Assembly (NCBI GenBank): GCA_965203355.1
Contig: OZ241889.1
Coordinates: 960,001-1,024,000, forward strand
DNA length: 64,000 nt
Origin: Candidatus Latescibacterota bacterium
Lineage (GTDB): Bacteria; Latescibacterota; UBA2968; UBA8231
Direction: 5' to 3'
Positions 8,289 through 17,279 of this stretch are shown in pieces; position 1 is the stretch's first letter; each line of letters opens with the position of its first letter. A program made the position numbers and the translations under genes. A model generated the notes under the pieces. It had not been told where the DNA came from. It worked only from the letters and a program-made list of their open reading frames with translations, and did not search any database.

Positions 8289-8942
8289 TTAGCGAGGCTG
8301 GTCCTCTTCGTCCATTAGTCCCTCTCTGATCGCGTACGCTGTCAGTTTGGCCACGCTGTGCAGGTCGAGCTTATTCATTATGTGCTGGCGGTGGGTGCCG
8401 ATGGTCTTTTTGCTCAGATAGAGTTCTTCGGCTATTTGCGCCGTTGTTTTTCCTTGGGCGACGCATCGCAGCACCATGTGCTCACGCGACGTCAGGGTAG
8501 AAAGTGGTTTGCTGGAGGCATCAGAATGACGCGCCTTGCTGGTGTTGATGGGATTAGTCAGTTGCGAACTCACGTACTGGCGACCAGCTTCCACCTCCCT
8601 GAGTGCTTTCACTAACTCGTTGATGAAGTTCGTTTTCAGCAGATACGCCCAGCCTCCCGCTTCGAACAGGCCATCCACAAATCGCTTATCTGCGTGTTCC
8701 GACAGCGCGACGAACTTCACCTGCGGATGCGTCGTCCGTATCTGGCGTGTTACCTCGAGGCCGCTCAGGTCGGGTAGCCCCATATCCACGATCACAAGGT
8801 CGGGGTGGTAGGAGCGGATCAAGTCAATAGCCGTGCGACCGTCGGATGCCTCGCCGACGACTTCAATATCGCTTTCTTGTTCGAGCCGTGTGTGCAGGGC
8901 TTGGCGCACCATAGTGTGGTCTTCTACCAGAAAAATCTTCAT
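8289..8942 (-). CDS. NarL/LuxR-family response regulator
   Basis: REC domain (VEDH, VIVD, YLLK) plus LuxR HTH (LTSRE...IAEELYLSKKTIGTHRQHIMNKL). Confidence 0.97.
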   Translation of the reverse strand: MKIFLVEDHTMVRQALHTRLEQESDIEVVGEASDGRTAIDLIRSYHPDLVIVDMGLPDLSGLEVTRQIRTTHPQVKFVALSEHADKRFVDGLFEAGGWAYLLKTNFINELVKALREVEAGRQYVSSQLTNPINTSKARHSDASSKPLSTLTSREHMVLRCVAQGKTTAQIAEELYLSKKTIGTHRQHIMNKLDLHSVAKLTAYAIREGLMDEEDQPR

Positions 8943-10012
8943 GGGGAATGGCCCTCCTCTTCAGCTAAAGAACGCGGAAGCACTAGTAGGCAACGCGTAC
9001 CTTTACCGGGCGTTGATTGGATGGTCAAATAGCCACCGATATGGAGCAGATGCTCTTGAATGCTGAACAGACCGAAGTGGCTGGCTCGGTCCATCTGCTC
9101 TAGACGCACTGTATCAAAGCCCTTACCCTCGTCTTCTATCACCACCTGCAACTGGGCTACATCTCGCCGCAAGGAGACGGTGGCTTGGTCTGTGTTGGCG
9201 TGCCGTGAGACATTGATCAGCAACTCGCGAATGGACCTGTACACTAAGCCGCGTATGTCGTGGTTGTGTATCTCCCACTTGTCCTCGGCTTCCACGCGCA
9301 CGGTCAATCCATACTGGGAATGGAGGCGGTCGCCGAGGGCCTCTAAGCCTGGTACGAACCCTATGCCGTAGAGCACGGGTGAACTGCTGTCGGATGTCAT
9401 GGATCGGATGTGATGAGCCATTTCGTCCATGTTCTTCTCCAATGTATCGATCAAGGCTTCTCGTTCGGGGTCGTCGGAATGCCGCAGTGAATTGATCTCA
9501 ACCTTCGACAGCACCAATAGCTGCCCGATGGAATCGTGCAGATCGGCCCCAAGGCGCACCCGCTCGCGCTCTCTGTCAATTAAGAGTCTGGTCGCCAGTG
9601 CCTGCAACTTCTGGATGTGTCTTTCCATGCGCTTGTGCTTGCTGATTTTGCGGATGCTACCTTGATAACCTATGAGGGTGCCGTTTGCGGCTCGCCGAAC
9701 CGAGACCGTTAGGAACGCATCGAATTGGTGCCCGTTACCCGTTGTAAAAGCCGCTGTAAAGTCGCACACAACCTCTGCTTGCTCAATCTGTTCCTGAAAC
9801 CGCTTGTAATCATCTAAACGGGTGTAGAGGCGGCGGATGTTGGAGCCGATCAGGTCGGCGCGTTCGTGGGCAAATAGGGTACTGGCGGCAGGATTGGCAT
9901 CGACGATGGTCCCATCTCGCGCAGCGATGAAGAAGGCATCTGGCGACGCTTCAAACAGGTCGCGATAGAGTTTTGGGTCTCGCCTCAACTTTCTTGGCTC
10001 AGGCTTGCACAT
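8939..10012 (-). CDS. Soluble PAS-domain HisKA_3 sensor histidine kinase
   Basis: ATG at 10012 after GAGGAG; PAS domain, ERERVRLGADLHDSIGQ H-box, ELLINVSRHA, DEGKGFD; no TM segment. Confidence 0.93.
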   Translation of the reverse strand: MCKPEPRKLRRDPKLYRDLFEASPDAFFIAARDGTIVDANPAASTLFAHERADLIGSNIRRLYTRLDDYKRFQEQIEQAEVVCDFTAAFTTGNGHQFDAFLTVSVRRAANGTLIGYQGSIRKISKHKRMERHIQKLQALATRLLIDRERERVRLGADLHDSIGQLLVLSKVEINSLRHSDDPEREALIDTLEKNMDEMAHHIRSMTSDSSSPVLYGIGFVPGLEALGDRLHSQYGLTVRVEAEDKWEIHNHDIRGLVYRSIRELLINVSRHANTDQATVSLRRDVAQLQVVIEDEGKGFDTVRLEQMDRASHFGLFSIQEHLLHIGGYLTIQSTPGKGTRCLLVLPRSLAEEEGHSP

Positions 10013-10055
10013 AGCTGCTCCTCGTGATAGAGTAGGCCCGCTAGTCGCCCCTAAA

Positions 10056-10682
10056 CTATGTTGGTGTCTCTCGCCGCGCCAACTTTTGCCATGCCGTTCG
10101 CGCCGCTCGATAGCTTGCCTGCGTGTCCACATCCACAAAGATGCCCTCGTCCTCAACGGGCACTTCGACGACGCTGGCCGCGTTTTTTGCCAAGACCGGC
10201 CGCGCGCCCCGATCGCCCGTCAACGCGAGTAAAGCATCTCGATGGGCCCGGCCGATCGCTACGGGATGGCCGCGCTGCCCAGCGCACACTGGCACGGCGA
10301 TCGCCGCTCTACTTTTTAACGCCTCGGCGACCTTTAGCATTGTCGTACCCGCTATCTGCGGCATGTCTCCTAGGGCCAAGAAGTAGCCTTGCTCGCCGAT
10401 GGCCGCTTCCACGCCCACTCGGATAGAAGAGGCCATCCCGGCGGCAAAATCGGGGTTGTGTACCAACCGCACGGGATAGCGGCGCAACCTTTCCTCTACC
10501 GCTACCCGCTGATGCCCTGTCACCACGACCACCTCCCCCAAACCCACCTCGCAAACCCGCTCCACCACAGCTTGGAGGACGCACTGCTCCTGCCAAGGCA
10601 GCAGCAACTTGTTGGCCTTTTTCATCCTAGCGGAACGCCCCGCCGCCAATACGATCCCGCTAAGGTCTGCGAGTCTGATCAT
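10056..10682 (-). CDS. mocA: Molybdenum cofactor cytidylyltransferase-like nucleotidyltransferase
   Basis: IVLAAGRSARM...NKLLL, LGDMP, GHPV, GDRGAR, DVDT; divergent from cox operon. Confidence 0.85.
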   Translation of the reverse strand: MIRLADLSGIVLAAGRSARMKKANKLLLPWQEQCVLQAVVERVCEVGLGEVVVVTGHQRVAVEERLRRYPVRLVHNPDFAAGMASSIRVGVEAAIGEQGYFLALGDMPQIAGTTMLKVAEALKSRAAIAVPVCAGQRGHPVAIGRAHRDALLALTGDRGARPVLAKNAASVVEVPVEDEGIFVDVDTQASYRAARTAWQKLARRETPT

Positions 10683-10717
10683 TCCAATCTCCTAAGTAGG
10701 CCCGCCCCTACGCGCTT

Positions 10718-10762
10718 GACCACCGACCACTGACCACTGACCACCGGCCACCGACCACTGAC
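10718..10762. repeat. Heptamer tandem repeat (GACCACY)x6
   Basis: gaccacc gaccact gaccact gaccacc ggccacc gaccact gac. Confidence 0.9.
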
Positions 10763-10847
10763 ATCCCGACGCGATTGACAAGAACGGGCAAAATTTTGTA
10801 ATATCCACCTTACATCCGCTTCTGGCCCTTAACAATAGCATCGGCCC

Positions 10848-11297
10848 ATGCAGCTTACAGGCTCTCATACTTTTCGCGCTCCAAGGCAGATCCTGTGGGA
10901 CTTGCTCAACGATCCCGAGGTGTTGGCGCGCATCACCCCAGGCGTCGATACCTTGGAGCAAACCGGCCCCGGCCAGTACCAAGCCGTATTGCACATCAAA
11001 ATGGGGCCGATCAACAGCACCTTCAACGGGGTGCTGCAAGTCGTCGATAGCAAGGAGCCGGAAAGCTATCGCTTGCTCATTGATGTCAACGGCAAGATCG
11101 GCCGCATTGCAGCCGAGGGTCAGGTCCGGCTTTCCGCCCAAGACCACCAGACGACCACAGTGGAACTCGAGGGCGGATCGCAGTTGACGGGCCGGTTGGC
11201 CAGCATGGGGCAGCGCCTGCTCTCGGGCGTGGCGCGGATGTTCACCAACCAGTTTTTCAAGGCACTGGAGCGCGAGATCCCTAATTCAACTAGATAG
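10848..11297 (+). CDS. coxG: CoxG/SRPBCC family protein
   Basis: APRQILWDLLNDPEVLARITPG, G.LAS.GQRL; first gene of cox cluster. Confidence 0.88.
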   Translation: MQLTGSHTFRAPRQILWDLLNDPEVLARITPGVDTLEQTGPGQYQAVLHIKMGPINSTFNGVLQVVDSKEPESYRLLIDVNGKIGRIAAEGQVRLSAQDHQTTTVELEGGSQLTGRLASMGQRLLSGVARMFTNQFFKALEREIPNSTR

Positions 11298-11306
11298 GAG
11301 GCGACT

Positions 11307-11771
11307 ATGGCAGTAGCGATTGAAGTCACTGTCAACGGCCAGACTCACAAGCACGAGGTGGAGCCGCGCCAGATGCTCGTCAGCTATTTGCGCGAGGAGT
11401 TGGGCCTGACGGGCACTCACGTCGGCTGCGACACCAGCAACTGCGGGGCCTGTACCGCTATCGTCAATGGCCAAGCCGTCAAGGTCTGCACCATGCTCGC
11501 GGCGCAAGCCGACGGCGCGGAGATAACGACCATTGAAGGACTTGCAGACAACGGCACACTGCATCCGTTACAGGTCGCCTTCCGCGAGGCCCACGGCTTG
11601 CAGTGCGGCTTTTGCACGCCTGGCATGATCATGGCCGCTTGGCAGTTGCTCGAGCGCAACGCAACGCCCAGCCCCGCCGAGATCCGCCACGCGCTCGAAG
11701 GCAACTTTTGCCGCTGCACGGGCTACGACAACATCATCAAGGCGGTCCAACGCGCCGCCGAGAGCGCCTAG
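11307..11771 (+). CDS. coxS: Molybdenum hydroxylase 2Fe-2S small subunit
   Basis: GCDTSNCGACT, QCGFCTPG, CRCTGY. Confidence 0.95.
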   Translation: MAVAIEVTVNGQTHKHEVEPRQMLVSYLREELGLTGTHVGCDTSNCGACTAIVNGQAVKVCTMLAAQADGAEITTIEGLADNGTLHPLQVAFREAHGLQCGFCTPGMIMAAWQLLERNATPSPAEIRHALEGNFCRCTGYDNIIKAVQRAAESA

Positions 11772-11780
11772 GAGGCCGCT

Positions 11781-14153
11781 ATGGGAGTGATAGGACAATC
11801 CATCAAGCGCGTCGAAGATCAGCGCTTTATCACCGGCAAGGGCCGCTACACCGACGACATAGCCCTGCCGAACTCGACTTTTGCGGCGATCGTGCGCAGC
11901 CCACACGCCCACGCCGCGATTAAAAACGTCAATACGACGGCCGCCGCGGCCGCCGCTGGCGTGGTCGCCGTCTTTACCGGGGCCGACCTCGAAGCGGCTG
12001 GCGTCGGTGGCCTGCCCTGTGGCTGGCAGGTGGATTTCAAAAACGGCGACACCATGAAGGAGCCGGCCCATCCGGTGCTGGCCGCGACCAAGGTGCGCCA
12101 CGTCGGCGATCCGGTCGCCATCGTCTTGGCCGAAAGCCGCGAGCAAGCCGCCGATGCCGCCGAGTTGGTGGCCGTGGATTACGAGGTTTTGGACGCGGTT
12201 GTCTCTGCTACCCAAGCGACGGTCGAGGGCGCGCCCCAGTTGTTCGACGAGGTGCCCAACAACACGTCCTTTGACTGGGCGCTCGGCGACCAAGCGGCAA
12301 CGGACGCCGCCTTGGCCCGCGCCGCGCACGTCACCACGTTGGAGTTCGACAACCAACGGCTCATCCCCAATGCGATTGAGCCGCGCTGCGCCATTGGCGA
12401 TTACGATGGCGCACGCGACCACTACACGCTCTACACCTCGTCGCAGAACCCCCACGTCATTCGCCTGCTGATGACGGCGTTTGTCTTGGGGCTGCCCGAG
12501 CACAAGGTGCGGGTGGTGTCGCCGGATGTGGGTGGCGGCTTTGGCTCCAAAATTTTTCACTATGCCGAAGAAGTCCTCGTCACGTGGTGCTCGCGCCAGC
12601 TTGGCCGTCCGGTCAAGTGGACCGCCAGCCGCAGCGAGGCGTTCCTCACCGACGCCCACGGCCGCGATCATCACACCAAGGTCGATCTCGGGCTCGACGC
12701 CGATGGGAATTTCGTCGGTCTGCGGGTCAAGACGGTTGCCAACCTCGGCGCGTACCTATCGACTTTCGCGCCCTGTGTGCCCACGTATCTCTACGGTACG
12801 CTCTTACAGGGGCTATACACGACCCCGGCGGTCCACGTTGATGTCACGGGCGTCTTTACCAACACCACGCCAGTTGACGCGCTGCGCGGCGCGGGTCGCC
12901 CCGAGGCCACGTACGTCCTCGAGCGCACTATTGAGCAGGCCGCCTTGGAGACCGGCCGCGACCCGGCCCAACTGCGGAGCCAAAACTTCATCCCGCCTTT
13001 TGACGGCGTCGAGCAAGAAGGCTACCAGACCCAAGTAGCCCTGCAATACGACAGCGGCAACTACCGGGCCGCGCTCGAAAAAGCCCTCGCAGCCATCGGC
13101 TACGACGAACTGCGGGCCGAGCAGGCCCAGGCCCGCGCCGCCGGCCATGGCCGTCATATCGGCATTGGCTTTTCGACCTACATCGAAGCCTGCGGCATTG
13201 CGCCGTCGGCCGTGGTTGGCGCGTTGGGGGCGCGCGCTGGCTTGTTTGAGAGCGCGGGCGTCCGGGTCCAGCCCACCGGCAAGGTCACGGTATTTACCGG
13301 CAGTCACTCGCACGGGCAGGGCCACGAGACGACCTTTGCCCAAGTGGTGGCCGACGGGTTGGGCGTGGGGATCGAAGACGTGGACATCATTCACGGCGAC
13401 ACCGAGTCCGTGCCCTTTGGCATGGGCACGTATGGCTCGCGCTCGCTGGCCGTCGGCGGCACAGCCATCGTCAAGAGCATGGACAAGATCAAGGAGAAGG
13501 GAGCCAAGATCGCCGCCCACTTGCTCGAAGCCGCCGAGGAGGACCTCGAATTCGTCGAGGGCCGTTGGACGGTCAAGGGCACCGATCAGTCGATCTCCTT
13601 TGGCGAGGTCGCGCTGGCCGCGTATGTGCCGCACAATTTTCCCGCAGGGCTGGAGCCGGGGCTGGAGTTTACCAGCTTCTACGACCCGGCCAATTTCACC
13701 TTCCCCTTTGGTGCTCATATAGCGGTCGTGGAGGTGGACGCCGAGACTGGCGTAGTCGCGGTGCGGCGCTACGTCGCTGTCGACGACGTGGGCAATATCG
13801 TCAATCCCATGATCGTCGAAGGTCAAGTTCACGGCGGCATTACGCACGGCATTGGCCAAGCCCTGTTTGAGGAGGCTGTGTACGACGACAGCGGCCAGCT
13901 CATTTCCGGCTCGTACATGGACTACGTTCTGCCGCGCGCCGACGATTTGCCTTCCTTTGAGACCGACCACACTGTCACGCCCTGCCCGCACAATCCCCTC
14001 GGCGTCAAGGGTGCTGGCGAGACCGGCACGATTGGTTCGCCGCCGGCCATTGTCAACGCCGTGATCGACGCCCTGTGGCCGTTGGGTGTGCGCGACCTTG
14101 CTATGCCGCTGACGCCGCAGAAGGTGTGGCAAGCCATCCAGCAAGTTAGCTAA
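11781..14153 (+). CDS. coxL: Form II CO dehydrogenase-like / xanthine oxidase family molybdopterin large subunit
   Basis: [36 protein letters not shown]; S-L-M gene order. Confidence 0.92.
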   Translation: MGVIGQSIKRVEDQRFITGKGRYTDDIALPNSTFAAIVRSPHAHAAIKNVNTTAAAAAAGVVAVFTGADLEAAGVGGLPCGWQVDFKNGDTMKEPAHPVLAATKVRHVGDPVAIVLAESREQAADAAELVAVDYEVLDAVVSATQATVEGAPQLFDEVPNNTSFDWALGDQAATDAALARAAHVTTLEFDNQRLIPNAIEPRCAIGDYDGARDHYTLYTSSQNPHVIRLLMTAFVLGLPEHKVRVVSPDVGGGFGSKIFHYAEEVLVTWCSRQLGRPVKWTASRSEAFLTDAHGRDHHTKVDLGLDADGNFVGLRVKTVANLGAYLSTFAPCVPTYLYGTLLQGLYTTPAVHVDVTGVFTNTTPVDALRGAGRPEATYVLERTIEQAALETGRDPAQLRSQNFIPPFDGVEQEGYQTQVALQYDSGNYRAALEKALAAIGYDELRAEQAQARAAGHGRHIGIGFSTYIEACGIAPSAVVGALGARAGLFESAGVRVQPTGKVTVFTGSHSHGQGHETTFAQVVADGLGVGIEDVDIIHGDTESVPFGMGTYGSRSLAVGGTAIVKSMDKIKEKGAKIAAHLLEAAEEDLEFVEGRWTVKGTDQSISFGEVALAAYVPHNFPAGLEPGLEFTSFYDPANFTFPFGAHIAVVEVDAETGVVAVRRYVAVDDVGNIVNPMIVEGQVHGGITHGIGQALFEEAVYDDSGQLISGSYMDYVLPRADDLPSFETDHTVTPCPHNPLGVKGAGETGTIGSPPAIVNAVIDALWPLGVRDLAMPLTPQKVWQAIQQVS

Positions 14154-14167
14154 GGAGAAGATAGACC

Positions 14168-14983
14168 ATGATACCTGTCGCGTTTGACTATCATCGTCCC
14201 GCTTCAGTAGATGAGGCGATTGAACTCCTCTCGGACGACGCCCAGCTCTTAGCGGGTGGCCACAGCCTGTTACCGGCCATGAAGCTGCGCTTGTCGTCGC
14301 CGGGTGCGCTGATCGACATTGGCCGGATCGCGGAACTCAACTACATCAGAGAGGACGGCGGCACCCTTGCTATTGGTGCTACTACGACTCACCACCAGAT
14401 CGCGTCCTCGGGCTTGGTGCGTGCCAACGCCTCGGCTCTGGCCCAAGCCGCCTCGGTCATCGGCGATCCGCAAGTGCGCAACAAGGGCACCATTGGCGGC
14501 TCGCTGGCCCACGCGGATCCGGCCGCTGACTACCCGGCCGCGATTTTGGCGCTGGGTGCTGAGATGGTCGTCCGAGGACCCGACGGGGTGCGTTCGATTC
14601 CGGCTGAGGAGTTCTTCGTCGATCTGTTTTTGACCGCACTCGCGCCGGACGAAATCATCACCCAAGTGAGGGTCCCGGCTGCGGACAAGTCGGCGTATGT
14701 TAAATTTCCGCATCCAGCCTCGCGCTTTGCCGTGGTGGGCTGCGCTGCTGCTTTGGCTGGTGGCGCGGTCAGGGTGGCCTTTACGGGCGTGGCTAATGCG
14801 GCTTTCCGCGATAGTGGGGTTGAAGCGGCTCTCAGCGGCGGCTTGAGCGAGGAAGCAATCGCCGCGGCCGCGGCCCGGGCAACCGAGGGACAGGAGGTGC
14901 TCGCCGACCACTTTGCTGGCGAAGAGTACCGCCGCCACTTGGCCAAGGTTTTTGCTCGCAAGGTGCTTGCGGCCATCGCCTGA
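14168..14983 (+). CDS. coxM: Molybdenum hydroxylase FAD-binding medium subunit
   Basis: AGGHSLLPAMKLR, QVRNKGTIGGSLAHADPAAD. Confidence 0.93.
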   Translation: MIPVAFDYHRPASVDEAIELLSDDAQLLAGGHSLLPAMKLRLSSPGALIDIGRIAELNYIREDGGTLAIGATTTHHQIASSGLVRANASALAQAASVIGDPQVRNKGTIGGSLAHADPAADYPAAILALGAEMVVRGPDGVRSIPAEEFFVDLFLTALAPDEIITQVRVPAADKSAYVKFPHPASRFAVVGCAAALAGGAVRVAFTGVANAAFRDSGVEAALSGGLSEEAIAAAAARATEGQEVLADHFAGEEYRRHLAKVFARKVLAAIA

Positions 14984-15006
14984 GTGCCTTTGCCTCTAGC
15001 AGCAAC

Positions 15007-15048
15007 AGCCCCCGCCGCTCAACCCGCGTCGGGGGCTTTCTCTTTTTT
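15007..15048 (+). terminator. Intrinsic terminator of cox operon
   Basis: agcccccgccgc...gcgtcgggggct stem followed by ttctctttttt. Confidence 0.75.
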
Positions 15049-15192
15049 ATTCTGTTTCGGGTATAAAAATTGCTTCGATCGGCGCGGCAAATACGCGGGC
15101 GATCTTAAACGCCAGCGGTAGGCTTGGGTCCAGTCGCGCTCGGCGCGCAACACCTTTAGGCGATTTTTTAGCTGAAACGCGCTTAGGGGCAT
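15019..15192 (-). pseudogene. Chimeric stub: MPLSAFQ fused to an XRE-type HTH fragment LKNRLKVLRAERDWTQA
   Basis: ATG at 15192 overlaps the end of 15183-15389; HTH similarity stops after WTQA. Confidence 0.5.
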
Positions 15193-15389
15193 AGGCGGTC
15201 GGCCAAGATAAGTCCCGGTCGGCCTCCGTGTAGGCGCAAGCCGCGGGCGATCTCGGGGAGGTCGCTGACGCCGATTGTCAGATCTCGGCGCATGTACCAA
15301 AAACAGCGGGCGTGGTACTCGGCAAAGGCTTGGTGTGCGAGTTGCAGACGCTCGGTTTCGCTCAGGGTGTTTTGGCGTTTTGGCGGCAT
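15183..15389 (-). CDS. Small hypothetical protein, possible antitoxin partner of an AbiEii-like nucleotidyltransferase
   Basis: AFAEYHARCFWY...LRLHGGR...LCP resembles small genes recalled upstream of MPL..FQ nucleotidyltransferases. Confidence 0.55.
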   Translation of the reverse strand: MPPKRQNTLSETERLQLAHQAFAEYHARCFWYMRRDLTIGVSDLPEIARGLRLHGGRPGLILADRLCP

Positions 15390-15529
15390 GGTTTGTTGCG
15401 GCGGGATTGTGGGCGATGAATTGTACTTGGCAACATTCTTTCGGGCAAGCGGCGTTGATTGCCGTTGTTGAGCGTCGAGGGCTGCCTTAGTGTATGGGCG
15501 CGTTGGGATTAAAAAAAGAAAGGCTCACT

Positions 15530-16675
15530 GTGGATTACTTGCGTGGCTTGTCTATCGTCGTGATGTGCGTCGGTTTGTTGTGGGGTTGCTCTAACCAGAA
15601 GGCCCGCGAACAGCTCGTCCTAGACGTAGAGCGGCTTGTTTTGGAACACGAGCGGTTTGTCCAAGATGTCGAACGATACCATCAAGAGCGCGAACGGCTG
15701 GCGGGGCGCACGGTTGGGTTGGTTGCCAGCGTCTTTTTCTCTGATGGAGCGGTGGATTTGACCGGGGAAGCCGCACGAATAGCCGAAGATGCCAGCCAGT
15801 TCGCCCCGGAAGCCGAGCGGCTTTATAAAGAAGGTGAACGACTGGCGTGGGAATTGCGGCGTGCCTACGAAAAGCGCGACCAATATGTGCCCGAAGCCGA
15901 GCAGCTTACCCAAGAGCGCAACCGGCTTGCTCAGGACTTGGATCAGATGTACCAGACAGTGGATTTGATAGAGCAAGAGATTTTGCAGAATAATCAAGCG
16001 TTGGATCGTGCCGATCAAGCCCGGAAGCGAGCCTTGGCTCAGGCCAATCAAGCGTTGGCTCGGGCCGATCAAGCCTATGATCGTGCCGAGCAAGCCCGGA
16101 AGCGAGCCTTGGCTCAGGCCAATCAAGCGTTGGCTCGGGCTGAGCAAGCCCGGAACCAAGCCTATGATCGTGCCGAGCAAGTATGGAAGCGAGCCTTGGC
16201 TCAGGCTGAGCAAGCCCGGAATCAAGCGTTGGCTCAGGCCGATCAAGCCCGGAACCAAGCCCGGAAACAGGCCGACCAAGCAGGGTGGAAGCAAGCATTG
16301 GAGCGTTTCGATCAAGCCCGGAATCAAGCGTTGGCTCAGGCTGAGCAAGCCCGGAACCAAGCCACCCAAGCATGGAAGCGAGCGTTGGATCGGGCCGATC
16401 AAGCCTGGAACCAAGCCACCCAAGCATGGAATCAAGCGTTGGATCGGGCCGATCAAGCCCGGAATCAGGTTGAGCAAGCATGGAATCAGGTTGAGCAAGC
16501 CCGGAATCAGGCCACCCAAGCCCGGCAGCAAGCCGCCCAAGCCCGGCAGCAGGTCGTCCAAGCATACAACAGGTTAGACCAAGATCTAGAGCGGGCGTAC
16601 TTGAACTGGAATTGGCTGAGACCGTACTTGGATCGGCTTGTTCGAGATATGGGCTTGCGCGTCCGCATGGATTGA
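15530..16675 (+). CDS. Lipoprotein with long Gln/Ala-rich 7/11-residue coiled-coil repeats
   Basis: GTG at 15530; lipobox-like LWGC; repeats QALARADQARN/QAEQARN at ~15990-16560. Confidence 0.75.
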   Translation: MDYLRGLSIVVMCVGLLWGCSNQKAREQLVLDVERLVLEHERFVQDVERYHQERERLAGRTVGLVASVFFSDGAVDLTGEAARIAEDASQFAPEAERLYKEGERLAWELRRAYEKRDQYVPEAEQLTQERNRLAQDLDQMYQTVDLIEQEILQNNQALDRADQARKRALAQANQALARADQAYDRAEQARKRALAQANQALARAEQARNQAYDRAEQVWKRALAQAEQARNQALAQADQARNQARKQADQAGWKQALERFDQARNQALAQAEQARNQATQAWKRALDRADQAWNQATQAWNQALDRADQARNQVEQAWNQVEQARNQATQARQQAAQARQQVVQAYNRLDQDLERAYLNWNWLRPYLDRLVRDMGLRVRMD

Positions 16676-16743
16676 ATTTTTAACGTTTCTTTTAATTCGG
16701 TGAAACTTGGGACGATGGGCTTGCGCGTCCGCGTGGATTGAAT
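16649..16743 (+). repeat. 29-bp direct repeat pair with 37-bp spacer (degenerate CRISPR-like)
   Basis: ATGGGCTTGCGCGTCCGCRTGGATTGAAT at 16649-16677 and 16715-16743. Confidence 0.6.
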
Positions 16744-16997
16744 CGGAGCATTAGTATCCCAAGGCGTGGTAATCTGCGGCAGATATGGGCGGCCTAATTG
16801 AGTTCACGGGCGGCTCTTACGCGCTCATGAGCAGCAGGGGGGCGGCCCATGAGCATGGGGTGCCGGGCGTTGTGGTGGGTCGTGTGGGCGTACTGCTGGC
16901 GGCGGGTGTGTTGAACGCATGGCCAACCGTTCCCACAGATGACGTGCGGGGCGTCTGCATCCCAGCGGGTTAAGCCTCGGCCAGCCGGGACGAATGG

Positions 16998-17198
16998 TCA
17001 GGGCAAGCGCGACAAGATCAGGCCCCCTAGGGCGAGCAGGGTCGTAAGCTGGATTCCGACCAGCCAACGAAAGTCGCGGCGGTGCTCCTGTCGCAGCGCG
17101 TCAATGGCGCGGTCTAACGCATCAAATCGGGCGTTAGTCTGGCGATTTTGCTCGGTCAACTGCTCGGCGATCCCGGCCAGCCGAGTAGGTTCGCTCAT
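16998..17198 (-). CDS. Small coiled-coil protein with C-terminal TM anchor (DUF1640-like)
   Basis: ARFDALDRAIDALRQEHRRDFRWLVGIQLTTLLALGG; RBS AAGGA. Confidence 0.65.
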   Translation of the reverse strand: MSEPTRLAGIAEQLTEQNRQTNARFDALDRAIDALRQEHRRDFRWLVGIQLTTLLALGGLILSRLP

Positions 17199-17279
17199 AG
17201 CGGCATCCTTTCGTTTGTGAGCCAAGAGCTTACAACTTCGGCGTCGTTTGGGAAGAACGTCCCTACCGGCCTCGCGGCC

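Noticed and set aside
11568-14938. Long antisense ORFs (368, 443 and 222 aa) opposite coxL/coxM
   Set aside because: Shadow ORFs expected from high-GC codon bias; no motifs, and the sense genes are well supported.
15620-16577. Repetitive alternative-frame and antisense ORFs over the repeat lipoprotein
   Set aside because: By-products of stop-free DNA repeats; only the plus frame has an RBS-like site, signal peptide and lipobox.
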